Assembly: GCA_964348985.1 (NCBI GenBank)
Contig: CAYGEQ010000005.1
Coordinates: 1-25,126 of the forward strand
Direction of reading: 5' to 3'
Length of the DNA stretch: 25,126 nucleotides
Source: an uncultured Gammaproteobacteria bacterium
Lineage (GTDB): Bacteria; Patescibacteriota; Patescibacteriia; UBA9934
The notes under the pieces: model-generated
The model's database searches: none
What the model was told of the DNA's origin: nothing
What the model saw: the letters and a program-made list of their open reading frames with translations, nothing else
Program-made: the position numbers and the translations under genes
Shown here: positions 7,821 through 17,751 of the stretch, piece by piece
Layout of the letters: each line of letters starts with the position of its first letter
Position numbering within the stretch: the stretch's first letter is position 1

Positions 7821-7996
7821 AGTCGTCCACTCGTGGCTACGTCCTCGCTCGTGGAGTCGTGTAGAGGTTCGCGCGCACTCCTAACACTCGCGAGAACGTA
7901 CCCACTCGTCGACGAGGCCATTCGGGGGTGCGAGTGTTAGGAGCGTGGCACATTCTTGAGCGACTCCACGAGCAGACACGAATGACCAAGTCGACT
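7821..7996. other. ~176-nt irregular long hairpin with a central bubble (candidate structured ncRNA or palindromic repeat)
   Basis: Perfect 13-bp helix 7847-7859/7961-7973, perfect 14-bp helix 7878-7891/7930-7943, terminal AGTCG/CGACT at 7821-7825/7992-7996, and a 12-bp palindrome CTCGTCGACGAG at 7905-7916. Confidence 0.8.
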
Positions 7997-10971
7997 TATA
8001 GCTGCGCGAACGGACAGATATCTTTAAAGTCACAATACTTACAGGTAAACGGACCGGGCTTAGGTTCGAACGTACTGGTTCTAATGGCGCCGACCGTATC
8101 TCTAATCTCGTCCAAGAGCTTCTCCTTGTCTTTGTCGGTCGGGGCGAAACTCACGGTGTCGTTTGTCTCGACATAATAGTACGTCAGCGCCTTCACGACG
8201 AGGGGTGGATTAAAGCACTGCTCAGCCGCTAGGGCGTAGAGGACTAACTGACGGCGGGCATCCCAGTCAAGTGTCTCCTTAGCACGACCGGTCTTGTAGT
8301 CGATAATTTCAACTCCACCCTCCACGGCGTCTATTCTGTCTATTCGCCCCTTCATGAGGATGTCGCCTATCTTGAGTGTGAAGCCAGCTTCTAACAAGAA
8401 TGGCTTCGGTTGATTCTCCACCACCTTGCGGTGAAAAACCTTAAGTGCGTCGACCCCCTGTTGCCTGTATTCCTCGCGCGTTTTGGAATCTGGATACCAT
8501 TCGTCAATGAACGTAGCGGCGTACATGTCGAGTAATTGACGTTCCGTAGGAACCACACGCGTAGCCGTAAGGTCGCTGCTTGCAGCGGCCGAAAACAGGT
8601 CAACCTGTACGCCGGTTTCATCCGGCAACATAGCCTTTACGAATTTCTCGAGCGTTAAGTGCATGCTTTGGCCGAAGCTGAACTGATGACGGCCGAAGGT
8701 AGGAATTTTCAGAATGTGGGCGTACTTGTACTGGAGCGGGCAAGAACCGAAAGCTGCAACTTGGGAGAAAGAAAATTTGGTTGGCAATCTAATTTCCGCC
8801 GCGCCGGAACTGGTGATGATTTTGCCGCGTTCGTCCAGGATGTCGTCTGTAGTTGTTTTCTTTTTCTTTTCTGTTGGTTGAACCTCGTAGCCGAGCTCAG
8901 CGAGGAATCTAGATGGCTTCCTTTTCCGAGAACCGCCATAATCCTCAGCCGAGCACAAATACAGCCCCTCCTTGGCCCGCGTGATAGCTACGTAGAACAA
9001 GCGTCGCTCCTCGGCCACGTGATCATCAAGCGCCGCGTCCACTTTTCTCACGAGCGTTGGGGGGAGCGGTAATTGGTCTGATCGAGAGACCGAGGGAAAT
9101 CTCTGCTCAATCATATTGACCACGAACACGTACTTAAACTCCAATCCCTTGGCGGCATGAATAGTCATGACGTTCACCACGTCTGGGCCTTCTTCATTAT
9201 CGGCCTTTAAGCCCCCAGCCTCCCCTGCCTCGCGCTCAGCATCAAACTCCTCAAGAAAGCCCGGCAAGAGCTTATTGTCGGGACTGGCGATAACATAACG
9301 CTTTAGACGAGCTAGAAAACCTTCAAGATGCCTGAACACTTCTTGCTGATCGGCCTCAGGAAGAATCTTAAGGTCGCCGAGCAGACCAGTGTCCTTGAGC
9401 ACTGACACGAACAGCTCAGTCACTGGTAGACGTTTAGCCTTCTCGCGTAGTTCCTCAATGATCCGCGTAATCTCCATGACCCGGTTACGGCCGTCGAGCG
9501 AGAGACCGATGGCCTGCGTCATTGAGCGCATGCCGTCAATAATCGCTCCGCCGGATTTACGGCGAACATAACGCATGAGTTCAGACAGATCTGACTCAGT
9601 CAGACCCAAACGCGGGTGGCTAAGGACCCGGTACATGGCTGGCGAGTGATACGGTTCACAGACCGCACGCATGTACGCCATCGAATCTAAAATGATGGGC
9701 TTCGTATAGAGCCCAGACATGGCCACAAAGTGGTACGGCACGCCAGCACGCTCAAGGGCCTCCAGAAACGGATCCGCGGCATCATTCGACCGCGCCAAAA
9801 TGACAAAGTCGTTCCAATCCCCTTCCCCATTTTCATGTTTAAGAATGATTTCATTGACCACAGATTCGACTTCCTCGGTGGCGGTAGCGCAGTGAAGATG
9901 ATGAACTAGACCATTGGTCTCGGTATGCGATTGCAGCTTCTTCGAAAGGCCCTCGCTAGCCTCTAGCCGATGCGGATTATTTGTTTGGATCAACTTGTAG
10001 GCTGCGTCTAGAATCGTTGCTCCGCTTCTATAGTTTCTCGTCAGCACCACGCGGGCTGCGTCTGGAAAATCTGTGCGGAATTCTAGAATGTTAGCGAGTG
10101 CGGCTCCGCGAAACTTATAAATAGCCTGGTCATCATCCCCCACTACCGTGATATTTCGGGGAGCGTGAACGAGGATCTTTACGAGTTCGTTTTGAATGCT
10201 GTTTGTATCTTGGAATTCGTCGACAATGATGTACTTGAAGCGCTTTTTGTATTCCTCCAGGACGTTAGGCCGCGTCTTGAATAACTCGAGCGTCAATAGA
10301 AGCAGACCGCCAAAGTCTATGGCATGCTGTTCTGATAATAATTTTTCATACATGGCGTAGGCACTAGAAAGTTCCTGCCATTTCTGAAGTTCTAGCTTGC
10401 TCTCATCCGGCATAGCAGCCAAACCCTCCGGCGAACCTCCGGACATAGTCGCCGTCAACTCATTAACCGCAACCAAATACTTCTCCGGCGTGATACCTTC
10501 ATCTTTAGCGCGGGAAAAATGCTGAAGCAATTGTCTCAGGAACTTGGTCGGCGAACCGCGTGGCTTGAAATAGTCCAGCTCGAAACGGTCTATATTCCGG
10601 CGCATCAAGAGCCAGCAGTCAACCTCCGTGTACATTTTGAAATCTGATGGAATGCCAATATGAATCCCGTGCTCACGCAATACTTTCTCGCAAAAAGAGT
10701 GAAACGTGGAAATAGAGAGGTCCAGGTAACCCATCGGCAGTAAACGATCAACACGCTCCTCCATCTCGTTCGCCGCCTTGTCCGTAAACGTCAGCGCGAG
10801 AATCTCATTTGGCTCGGCGAGTTTTTGTTCAATCAACCAGGCGATGCGCTTAGTAACCACTGTGGTCTTACCAGTACCCGCGCCAGCAATAATCATGAGA
10901 GGTCCTTCTCCATGGGTCACGGCTGCCAATTGTTCCGGGTTCAAGCCTTCCAGTAACGGGTTTGCGTCCAT
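7996..10971 (-). CDS. SF1A UvrD/PcrA-like helicase fused to a C-terminal PD-(D/E)XK nuclease with 4 Cys (AddA/AdnAB-like architecture)
   Basis: LNPEQ, AGAGTGKT, VDEFQD, GDDDQAIYKFRGA, NYRS, TIHAAKGLEF, EERRLFYVAITRAK; nuclease SCPLQYKY, GRIDRID, IIDYKTG, QLVLY, CKYCDFKDIC. Confidence 0.93.
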   Translation of the reverse strand: MDANPLLEGLNPEQLAAVTHGEGPLMIIAGAGTGKTTVVTKRIAWLIEQKLAEPNEILALTFTDKAANEMEERVDRLLPMGYLDLSISTFHSFCEKVLREHGIHIGIPSDFKMYTEVDCWLLMRRNIDRFELDYFKPRGSPTKFLRQLLQHFSRAKDEGITPEKYLVAVNELTATMSGGSPEGLAAMPDESKLELQKWQELSSAYAMYEKLLSEQHAIDFGGLLLLTLELFKTRPNVLEEYKKRFKYIIVDEFQDTNSIQNELVKILVHAPRNITVVGDDDQAIYKFRGAALANILEFRTDFPDAARVVLTRNYRSGATILDAAYKLIQTNNPHRLEASEGLSKKLQSHTETNGLVHHLHCATATEEVESVVNEIILKHENGEGDWNDFVILARSNDAADPFLEALERAGVPYHFVAMSGLYTKPIILDSMAYMRAVCEPYHSPAMYRVLSHPRLGLTESDLSELMRYVRRKSGGAIIDGMRSMTQAIGLSLDGRNRVMEITRIIEELREKAKRLPVTELFVSVLKDTGLLGDLKILPEADQQEVFRHLEGFLARLKRYVIASPDNKLLPGFLEEFDAEREAGEAGGLKADNEEGPDVVNVMTIHAAKGLEFKYVFVVNMIEQRFPSVSRSDQLPLPPTLVRKVDAALDDHVAEERRLFYVAITRAKEGLYLCSAEDYGGSRKRKPSRFLAELGYEVQPTEKKKKTTTDDILDERGKIITSSGAAEIRLPTKFSFSQVAAFGSCPLQYKYAHILKIPTFGRHQFSFGQSMHLTLEKFVKAMLPDETGVQVDLFSAAASSDLTATRVVPTERQLLDMYAATFIDEWYPDSKTREEYRQQGVDALKVFHRKVVENQPKPFLLEAGFTLKIGDILMKGRIDRIDAVEGGVEIIDYKTGRAKETLDWDARRQLVLYALAAEQCFNPPLVVKALTYYYVETNDTVSFAPTDKDKEKLLDEIRDTVGAIRTSTFEPKPGPFTCKYCDFKDICPFAQL

Positions 10972-10980
10972 AGTCCGGCT

Positions 10981-10986
10981 ATTGTA
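10981..10986 (-). promoter_or_regulatory. Possible -10 element (TACAAT) 9 nt upstream of the helicase ATG
   Basis: Minus strand TACAAT-agccggact-ATG; no convincing -35. Confidence 0.35.
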
Positions 10987-11030
10987 ACCTCATAACAGAC
11001 CTCCTCAGCTAGAGGGGGTGTGGAGGGAAT

Positions 11031-11357
11031 GTGGCCGACATTCTAACCCCTAAAGAGTTTCCAACCGTGATGGTCGACCCCCACGGCAAGCAAGCAACAG
11101 TCTTGCGCGCCGTGGATCTGACCGAGGACATTCCTAACGCAGACTACACGTTCGTGGTCTACTATGGGCTGGATGACGACACCGTCATCGTGGTGCAGCT
11201 CATAGAGGAGCGCGGCCATCAGCCCCGTAAGAGCGTCATCTTCCCACTCGCTGCCTACTCAGGCCCCCTGCCTGAGTCCATCAGCAAGTTCCTGGCGGCC
11301 AGCTTCTGGCTCAAGCCAGACCTCGTCGCCCGGCTAGTCCAGGAGAACGCCAAGTGA
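11031..11357 (+). CDS. Orphan hypothetical protein, 108 aa
   Basis: Fills an otherwise empty gap, has GGAGG at 11022-11026 before the GTG start and a terminator after the stop. About 60% GC by hand count (195/327). Confidence 0.75.
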   Translation: MADILTPKEFPTVMVDPHGKQATVLRAVDLTEDIPNADYTFVVYYGLDDDTVIVVQLIEERGHQPRKSVIFPLAAYSGPLPESISKFLAASFWLKPDLVARLVQENAK

Positions 11358-11368
11358 GTCCCCGTCAC

Positions 11369-11410
11369 AAAAAGGGCCCCCACGCATGCGCGCAGGGGCT
11401 CTTCTTTATT
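11369..11410. terminator. Bidirectional intrinsic terminator between the orphan ORF and atpC
   Basis: AAAAAGGGCCCC ... GGGGCTCTT followed by CTTTATTT; A-tract on the left and T-rich tract on the right, between convergent genes. Confidence 0.75.
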
Positions 11411-11847
11411 TATGATGGTAAGTTTCTCTGTTTGCCTTTCCCCTTCAGCGCCACGCGATAACGTGCTAGTTCACGCTCCATGTGGGCGGCGGCGTCAGCG
11501 TAACTGACAGCGTCTTTGCCGCGAGCAGCAGTAAGCGCGTCTTCGGCCAGCTTTTTAGCCGTCTCAATTGCGCCGAGCTCAAGCTCACTTGAGTGCTCTG
11601 CAGTCTCCGCCAGAATGAGGATGTTGTTCCCTGGTTCAATCTTGAGCAAACCGCCAGCCACCGCTAACAGCTCTTGGTTCTCACCAGAACCTACACGCAT
11701 CTCTCCGGGCATGAGCAAAGTCGCCAAGGGAATATGCCCTGGGAGAATGGTGATCTCGCCATCTTCCGTCATCACGGTCAAAGAAGGCGTCTCGCCTTCA
11801 GCAACCACTCGGTCGGGAGTAACTAATTTGTATTTAAGCGTTGCCAC
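11410..11847 (-). CDS. atpC: ATP synthase F1 epsilon subunit (GTG start)
   Basis: LVTPDR, GEITILPGHIPL, GGLLKI, ILAETAE; last gene of the atp operon. Confidence 0.95.
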   Translation of the reverse strand: MATLKYKLVTPDRVVAEGETPSLTVMTEDGEITILPGHIPLATLLMPGEMRVGSGENQELLAVAGGLLKIEPGNNILILAETAEHSSELELGAIETAKKLAEDALTAARGKDAVSYADAAAHMERELARYRVALKGKGKQRNLPS

Positions 11848-11848
11848 A

Positions 11849-13219
<1,371 letters not shown>

Positions 13220-14098
13220 TTATTCTAGGGCTGCCTTACCTGAGCTGATTTCTGCAATCTCCTGGGTGATACCCGCCTGACGGGCTTGGTTGTAAGTGAA
13301 GGTCAGGCCATCAAGCATGTCTTTTGCCGCGTCAGAAGCGTTCTTCATGGCGAGCATACGTGCAGCGTGTTCACTCGCCCCTGATTCAAGCAGCGACTGC
13401 CAAAGCATGGTTCGCGCCACGGCCGGGAGCATGCGGTCGAACACTTCTTTGGGTGAAGGCTCGAAGAGAATTTCTTCCGAGGTCGGGGTCGACCCATGCG
13501 TCGACCCATCCTGATCGAGCTTCATGGGAAGCAGGTCAAGCAGTTCAGGCTTTTGGGATATGCCGGAGATGAAATGCGTGAAGCCGAGCACCACTTTCTT
13601 ATATTCGCCGTTGATGAAAGCCTCTAGCGCCAGACGAGCAACCGGCAGAAGGTCCGTATAGGCCGGGTTATTTGAGAGAGCGCCGAACCGAGCAATAACC
13701 CTCACCCCTGCCCTGTCCATAGCATCCCCGCCCTTCTTGCCTACGGCCACCACATCAACTGACTCAAGGCCCGTAGTCTTGACGAACTCAAGGGCCAGAC
13801 GCGTCATGTTCACGTTTAGACCACCAGCTAAGCCTCGGTCTGAAGAGAAAATGACGAGCAGTGTCTTAGTGGCCTTTGGGTCTCCTGTTAGGAGGATGTT
13901 CTTTAAGCTGGCCGGAGCACTAGCCGCCGCTGAACGCATAGCTTCCGCCACCGTTTCCGCGTAGGTGCGGCTCCTTAAGGCAGACTGAACTGCGCGGCGC
14001 ATCTTAGATGCAGCCACCAGTTCCATAGCCTTCGTAATCTTCCGTGTGTTCTTCACGGACTTGATCCGAAGCTTGATTGCCTTTTTGGACTGAGCCAT
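13220..14098 (-). CDS. atpG: ATP synthase F1 gamma subunit
   Basis: KITKAMELVAASK, SDRGLAG, SEHAARM, NQARQAGITQEIAEI. Confidence 0.98.
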   Translation of the reverse strand: MAQSKKAIKLRIKSVKNTRKITKAMELVAASKMRRAVQSALRSRTYAETVAEAMRSAAASAPASLKNILLTGDPKATKTLLVIFSSDRGLAGGLNVNMTRLALEFVKTTGLESVDVVAVGKKGGDAMDRAGVRVIARFGALSNNPAYTDLLPVARLALEAFINGEYKKVVLGFTHFISGISQKPELLDLLPMKLDQDGSTHGSTPTSEEILFEPSPKEVFDRMLPAVARTMLWQSLLESGASEHAARMLAMKNASDAAKDMLDGLTFTYNQARQAGITQEIAEISSGKAALE

Positions 14099-14103
14099 AA
14101 CAA

Positions 14104-15612
14104 TTAAGATTGCTTGAAGTTCTCAATAAAACTCTTGAGCAACTTTTCAAGCTCGGCCTTAGTTTCAGCCACCAAATCTTTCTTCTCAGTAATATCCTTA
14201 AGTACGTTCGCCCCAACGCCATGCATGAGCGCCAAGAACTCTTCCTCGAAACGCAAGATGTCGGCTACTGGAATAGAATCAAGCAACCCGTTGTTCAGGG
14301 CGTAAACCACTACTGCTTGTTCAGCAAAAGACATTGGTGAGTACTGCTTCTGCTTCATGAGTTCCATGGAGCGGCGGCCGCGTTCAATCTGCTTCTTAGT
14401 AGCTTCGTCCAAGTCTGTAGCAAACTGAGCAAAGGCTTCAAGTTCGCGGAACTGAGCGAGGTCTACCTTGAGCGTCTTCGCTACGTTCTTAATAGCCTTG
14501 GTCTGAGCAGCCGAACCCACACGGGACACGGAGAGACCAATGTTCAGAGCTGGGCGCTGACCCTTGTAGAAAAGATCTGACTCAAGGTAAATCTGACCAT
14601 CCGTAATAGAAATTACGTTGGTTGGAATGTAGGCTGCCACATCACCTCCTTGAGTTTCAATAATCGGAAGTGCGGTGATAGATCCCCCACCGTTCTCCGC
14701 GTTCACGCGAGCTGAACGCTCAAGCAAACGAGAATGCAAGTAGAAAACGTCACCGGGATAAGCCTCGCGTCCTGGTGGACGGCGGAGCAAGAGAGAGATT
14801 TCACGGTAAGCCCAAGCGTGCTTAGAAAGATCATCGTAAACAATCAGCACGTCTTCGCCCTTAGCCATGAAGTATTCAGCAATAGCACAGCCGGAGTACG
14901 GAGCGATGTAAAGCATGGCGGCAGGGTCACTGGCGCCGGCTAGCACGATAGTGGTGTATTCCATGGCACCGGCCTTTTCTAGTCTGGCGCGGATCTGGGC
15001 CACCTTTGATTCTTTCTGACCAATTGCGACGTACACGCATTTCACGTTACCGCCCTTCTGGTTCAAAATAGTATCAATAGCAATAGCCGTCTTACCGGTT
15101 TGACGGTCGCCAATAATCAGCTCACGCTGACCACGGCCAATTGGGATCAAAGCATCAATGGCCTTGATACCCGTCTGCATAGGTACGCCCACGGCCTCAC
15201 GAGCCATAACACCAGGAGCGATTTTCTCGACCGGCACGAACGTAGTGTTAGTGACAGCGCCCTTACCGTCTACCGGGTTGCCAAGCGCATCAACTACTCG
15301 ACCAATAATTCCGTCCCCAACTGGAATGGAAAGAATACGGCCAGTAGCCTTAACGGTGTCACCGGCCTTAGTAGTTGGGCTGGCGGTTAGCAAAATTGCA
15401 CCCGTGGTTTCCTCCTCAAGGTTAAGGGCGATACCAAAAGTTCCGCCACCAAAATCAAGCATTTCTTGGCTCATGACGTTAGACAGTCCGCTCATGCGGG
15501 CCACGCCGTCAGAGAAAGAAACAATTGTTCCTACTCGCTCTTCTTCAACGCCGGACTTAAAGGCGGCTACTTGGGCGCGCAATGATTCAATGATATCCAT
15601 TTTTTTGGCCAT
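14104..15612 (-). CDS. atpA: ATP synthase F1 alpha subunit
   Basis: [43 protein letters not shown]. Confidence 0.99.
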   Translation of the reverse strand: MAKKMDIIESLRAQVAAFKSGVEEERVGTIVSFSDGVARMSGLSNVMSQEMLDFGGGTFGIALNLEEETTGAILLTASPTTKAGDTVKATGRILSIPVGDGIIGRVVDALGNPVDGKGAVTNTTFVPVEKIAPGVMAREAVGVPMQTGIKAIDALIPIGRGQRELIIGDRQTGKTAIAIDTILNQKGGNVKCVYVAIGQKESKVAQIRARLEKAGAMEYTTIVLAGASDPAAMLYIAPYSGCAIAEYFMAKGEDVLIVYDDLSKHAWAYREISLLLRRPPGREAYPGDVFYLHSRLLERSARVNAENGGGSITALPIIETQGGDVAAYIPTNVISITDGQIYLESDLFYKGQRPALNIGLSVSRVGSAAQTKAIKNVAKTLKVDLAQFRELEAFAQFATDLDEATKKQIERGRRSMELMKQKQYSPMSFAEQAVVVYALNNGLLDSIPVADILRFEEEFLALMHGVGANVLKDITEKKDLVAETKAELEKLLKSFIENFKQS

Positions 15613-15613
15613 A

Positions 15614-15997
15614 CTATGCTAACAAGGTGTTCTTCAGTCTTTGTAAGGCGCCAATAATGGAGCCGTCCAGTCGCCTGTCATCTATCCGGATCACTGCCCC
15701 ACCCATTAACCGCTCGTCTACTCGCTCAATCAGTTCGGCACCATTCACTAAATCTTCCAGTTGTTTTTTAGCCGCCTTGGACAGTTCGTGAGCCGAGAGA
15801 ACAGTCACCCTGCTGGCCCCGAACTTGTTTCGCCAAGCTGAGTGAATTTCTTTTTCCAACTCGCGCCAGCGCCCAAGCAAATTTCGTTCCTGTAAAAAGG
15901 CGATTATTTTAACCATCTCCTTCTCAACATCAGCCGGCTTCAGCTCCGCTAGTTCATCAACAATCTTTTGGGCCAGAGGTTTCAAGCTCTTCTTCAT
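15614..15997 (-). CDS. atpH: ATP synthase delta subunit, short form (127 aa)
   Basis: C-terminal VTVLSAHEL ... [22 protein letters not shown]; located between atpF and atpA. Confidence 0.9.
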   Translation of the reverse strand: MKKSLKPLAQKIVDELAELKPADVEKEMVKIIAFLQERNLLGRWRELEKEIHSAWRNKFGASRVTVLSAHELSKAAKKQLEDLVNGAELIERVDERLMGGAVIRIDDRRLDGSIIGALQRLKNTLLA

Positions 15998-15998
15998 A

Positions 15999-16550
15999 TT
16001 AAGTAAGCTTGCGGACCACTTCTTCGGCCATTGATTTCGACTTCTTCTCGTCCATGTCGGTCGAGATAATTTTAGCCGCTGCCTTCACGGCAATTTCAAC
16101 CAGATCTTTTCTGGCTTCAATCATCATAGCGGCATGTTCGTCCTTAAGCTGTTCCTTCCCCTTCTGGATGACCCGCTCAACTTCACGCTTAGCGGCCTCT
16201 ATCATCTCAACTTTCCGCTCTTCAGAATCAACGGCGGCCTTAGCATGAAGAGCCTGAGCGTCCTTCTGAGCCTGTGCTAGAAGTTCAGCACGTTCTTTTT
16301 CATTAGCTAAAACCCGGCGCTCAATCTCTTGAGCGTCTTTAAGACTCTGTTCAATCCGAGCTTCTCGATCACCTAGCAACTTAAGAATCGGTTTGTAAGC
16401 GAAAAGCCACAACACCCCTAGAACAATGAGGAAGTTAATTAGCTGACCAGCAAAGAGCGCAGGTTGTACGCCAAACGTGTGGGCTATACCCGCTACGCCA
16501 GACGGAGCTTCTTCGGAATGTGTTGTGGTTTCGGCCATAAAGAGATCCAT
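15999..16550 (-). CDS. atpF: ATP synthase F0 b subunit (start 16550 or 16538)
   Basis: GQLINFLIVLGVLWLFAYKPILKLLGDREARI followed by a long charged coiled coil. Confidence 0.96.
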   Translation of the reverse strand: MDLFMAETTTHSEEAPSGVAGIAHTFGVQPALFAGQLINFLIVLGVLWLFAYKPILKLLGDREARIEQSLKDAQEIERRVLANEKERAELLAQAQKDAQALHAKAAVDSEERKVEMIEAAKREVERVIQKGKEQLKDEHAAMMIEARKDLVEIAVKAAAKIISTDMDEKKSKSMAEEVVRKLT

Positions 16551-16551
16551 G

Positions 16552-16636
16552 AGGTGTCAGGTTTCAGGTTGCGGTACTTCTACGGAATCCAATTCAGTAA
16601 GTCACAATCCTTCACCTGACACCTGAAACCTGGTGG
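16552..16636. repeat. Heptamer-armed inverted-repeat element, copy 1 (atpE-atpF spacer)
   Basis: Left arm AGGTGTC-AGGTTTC-AGGTT, right arm ACCTGAC-ACCTGAA-ACCTGGTGG; 16591-16636 matches 18969-19014 at 44/46. Confidence 0.9.
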
Positions 16637-16638
16637 TC

Positions 16639-16857
16639 TTAGAGGGTGAAGGCAATGATCAAGGCGTAAATAGCGATAGCTTCAGCAAAAGCCATACCGA
16701 GCAACATTGGCACGAAAAGCTTACCAGCGGCGTCTGGGTTACGGCCGATGTTGTTCATAGCTGCGTAACCAATCAAACCAATGCTGATAGCTGGGGCAAA
16801 GCCACCGGCCGTAATAGCGAATGCCTTAGCGAGAAGTACCATGGTTTCTGCGTTCAT
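16639..16857 (-). CDS. atpE: ATP synthase F0 c subunit, predicted H+-coupled
   Basis: Two TM helices, loop GRNPD, ion-binding AEAIAIY; lacks the Na+ ligands Gln32/Ser66/Thr67 (Ilyobacter numbering). Confidence 0.97.
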   Translation of the reverse strand: MNAETMVLLAKAFAITAGGFAPAISIGLIGYAAMNNIGRNPDAAGKLFVPMLLGMAFAEAIAIYALIIAFTL

Positions 16858-16912
16858 AACGTATACATTTAATGGTTATAACTTACGGCTTAGAGACTAG
16901 GGCATCTTCCCT

Positions 16913-16940
16913 AACCTGCAACCCGCAACCTGCAACCGCT
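16913..16940. repeat. Tandem heptamer array (AACCTGC-like x4) in the atpB-atpE spacer
   Basis: AACCTGC AACCCGC AACCTGC AACCGCT; a small hairpin TAGGG/CCCTA lies next to it (16898-16913). Confidence 0.8.
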
Positions 16941-16944
16941 CTGA

Positions 16945-17751
16945 TTAGTGCGCCTTCGCCTCATGATGTTCTTCATCCCCATGTCCATGAGAGTCAGTGG
17001 CCACAGTGAGGAAGGCCAAGACTAGGATGGAAAATACCGTGGCCTGGATGGCGCCCACAAGAATTTCCAAGAACATAAACGGCACCGGCACCACAAACGA
17101 GAACATGCTCATCATCACGCCAATCAAAATTTCGCCGGCGAAGACGTTACCGAACAAACGTAGCGACAGCGAAACTACCTTAGCAAACTCACTAACAATT
17201 TCAATCAAGCCTACCCCAAACTCAACAATCGCTACCGCAATAGCCGTTGGCCCTTTAGGGATAGCCATGATAATGCCCTTAATGTTTACGAACTTACTGC
17301 CGTAATTAATGAGGCCAGTTGCCTGGATACCCGCAATCTGGACAACAGCCACGGAAAATACCGCAATGGCCAAGGTGAAGTTTAGGTCAGCGGCGGCGGG
17401 GCGAAGCAAAGGCAAAAAATGGTCACCACTCCAACCAATGGTGCCGGTGCCCGGCAAAAGGCCCATCCAGTTGTTAACCAAGATGTACAAAAACAAGGTA
17501 GCGACTACGGGGAAAAACATGAGCGCCCGCTTACGGTCCCCGGTCACTTTTTGCACTTCAACCAGTAAGCCTTCAATAATCGCCTCAATGAAATTATGAA
17601 TGCCGTGCGGCACTAAAGTCTTACGGCGCGAGGCGACAAAAGCCACCACACAAAAAAACGCCACCGAAATCCATGCATTGAGCAAAGAATTCGTGACGGT
17701 AAACTGACCAATATTGAACAACGGCTCAGCTGCCAGAGCGGCGAAGCTCAT
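16945..17751 (-). CDS. atpB: ATP synthase F0 a subunit (likely start ATG 17751)
   Basis: AAEPLF, NNWMGLLPG, ADLNFTLA, SLRLFGNVFAGE (stator Arg), IQATVF; His-rich C-tail. Confidence 0.97.
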   Translation of the reverse strand: MSFAALAAEPLFNIGQFTVTNSLLNAWISVAFFCVVAFVASRRKTLVPHGIHNFIEAIIEGLLVEVQKVTGDRKRALMFFPVVATLFLYILVNNWMGLLPGTGTIGWSGDHFLPLLRPAAADLNFTLAIAVFSVAVVQIAGIQATGLINYGSKFVNIKGIIMAIPKGPTAIAVAIVEFGVGLIEIVSEFAKVVSLSLRLFGNVFAGEILIGVMMSMFSFVVPVPFMFLEILVGAIQATVFSILVLAFLTVATDSHGHGDEEHHEAKAH

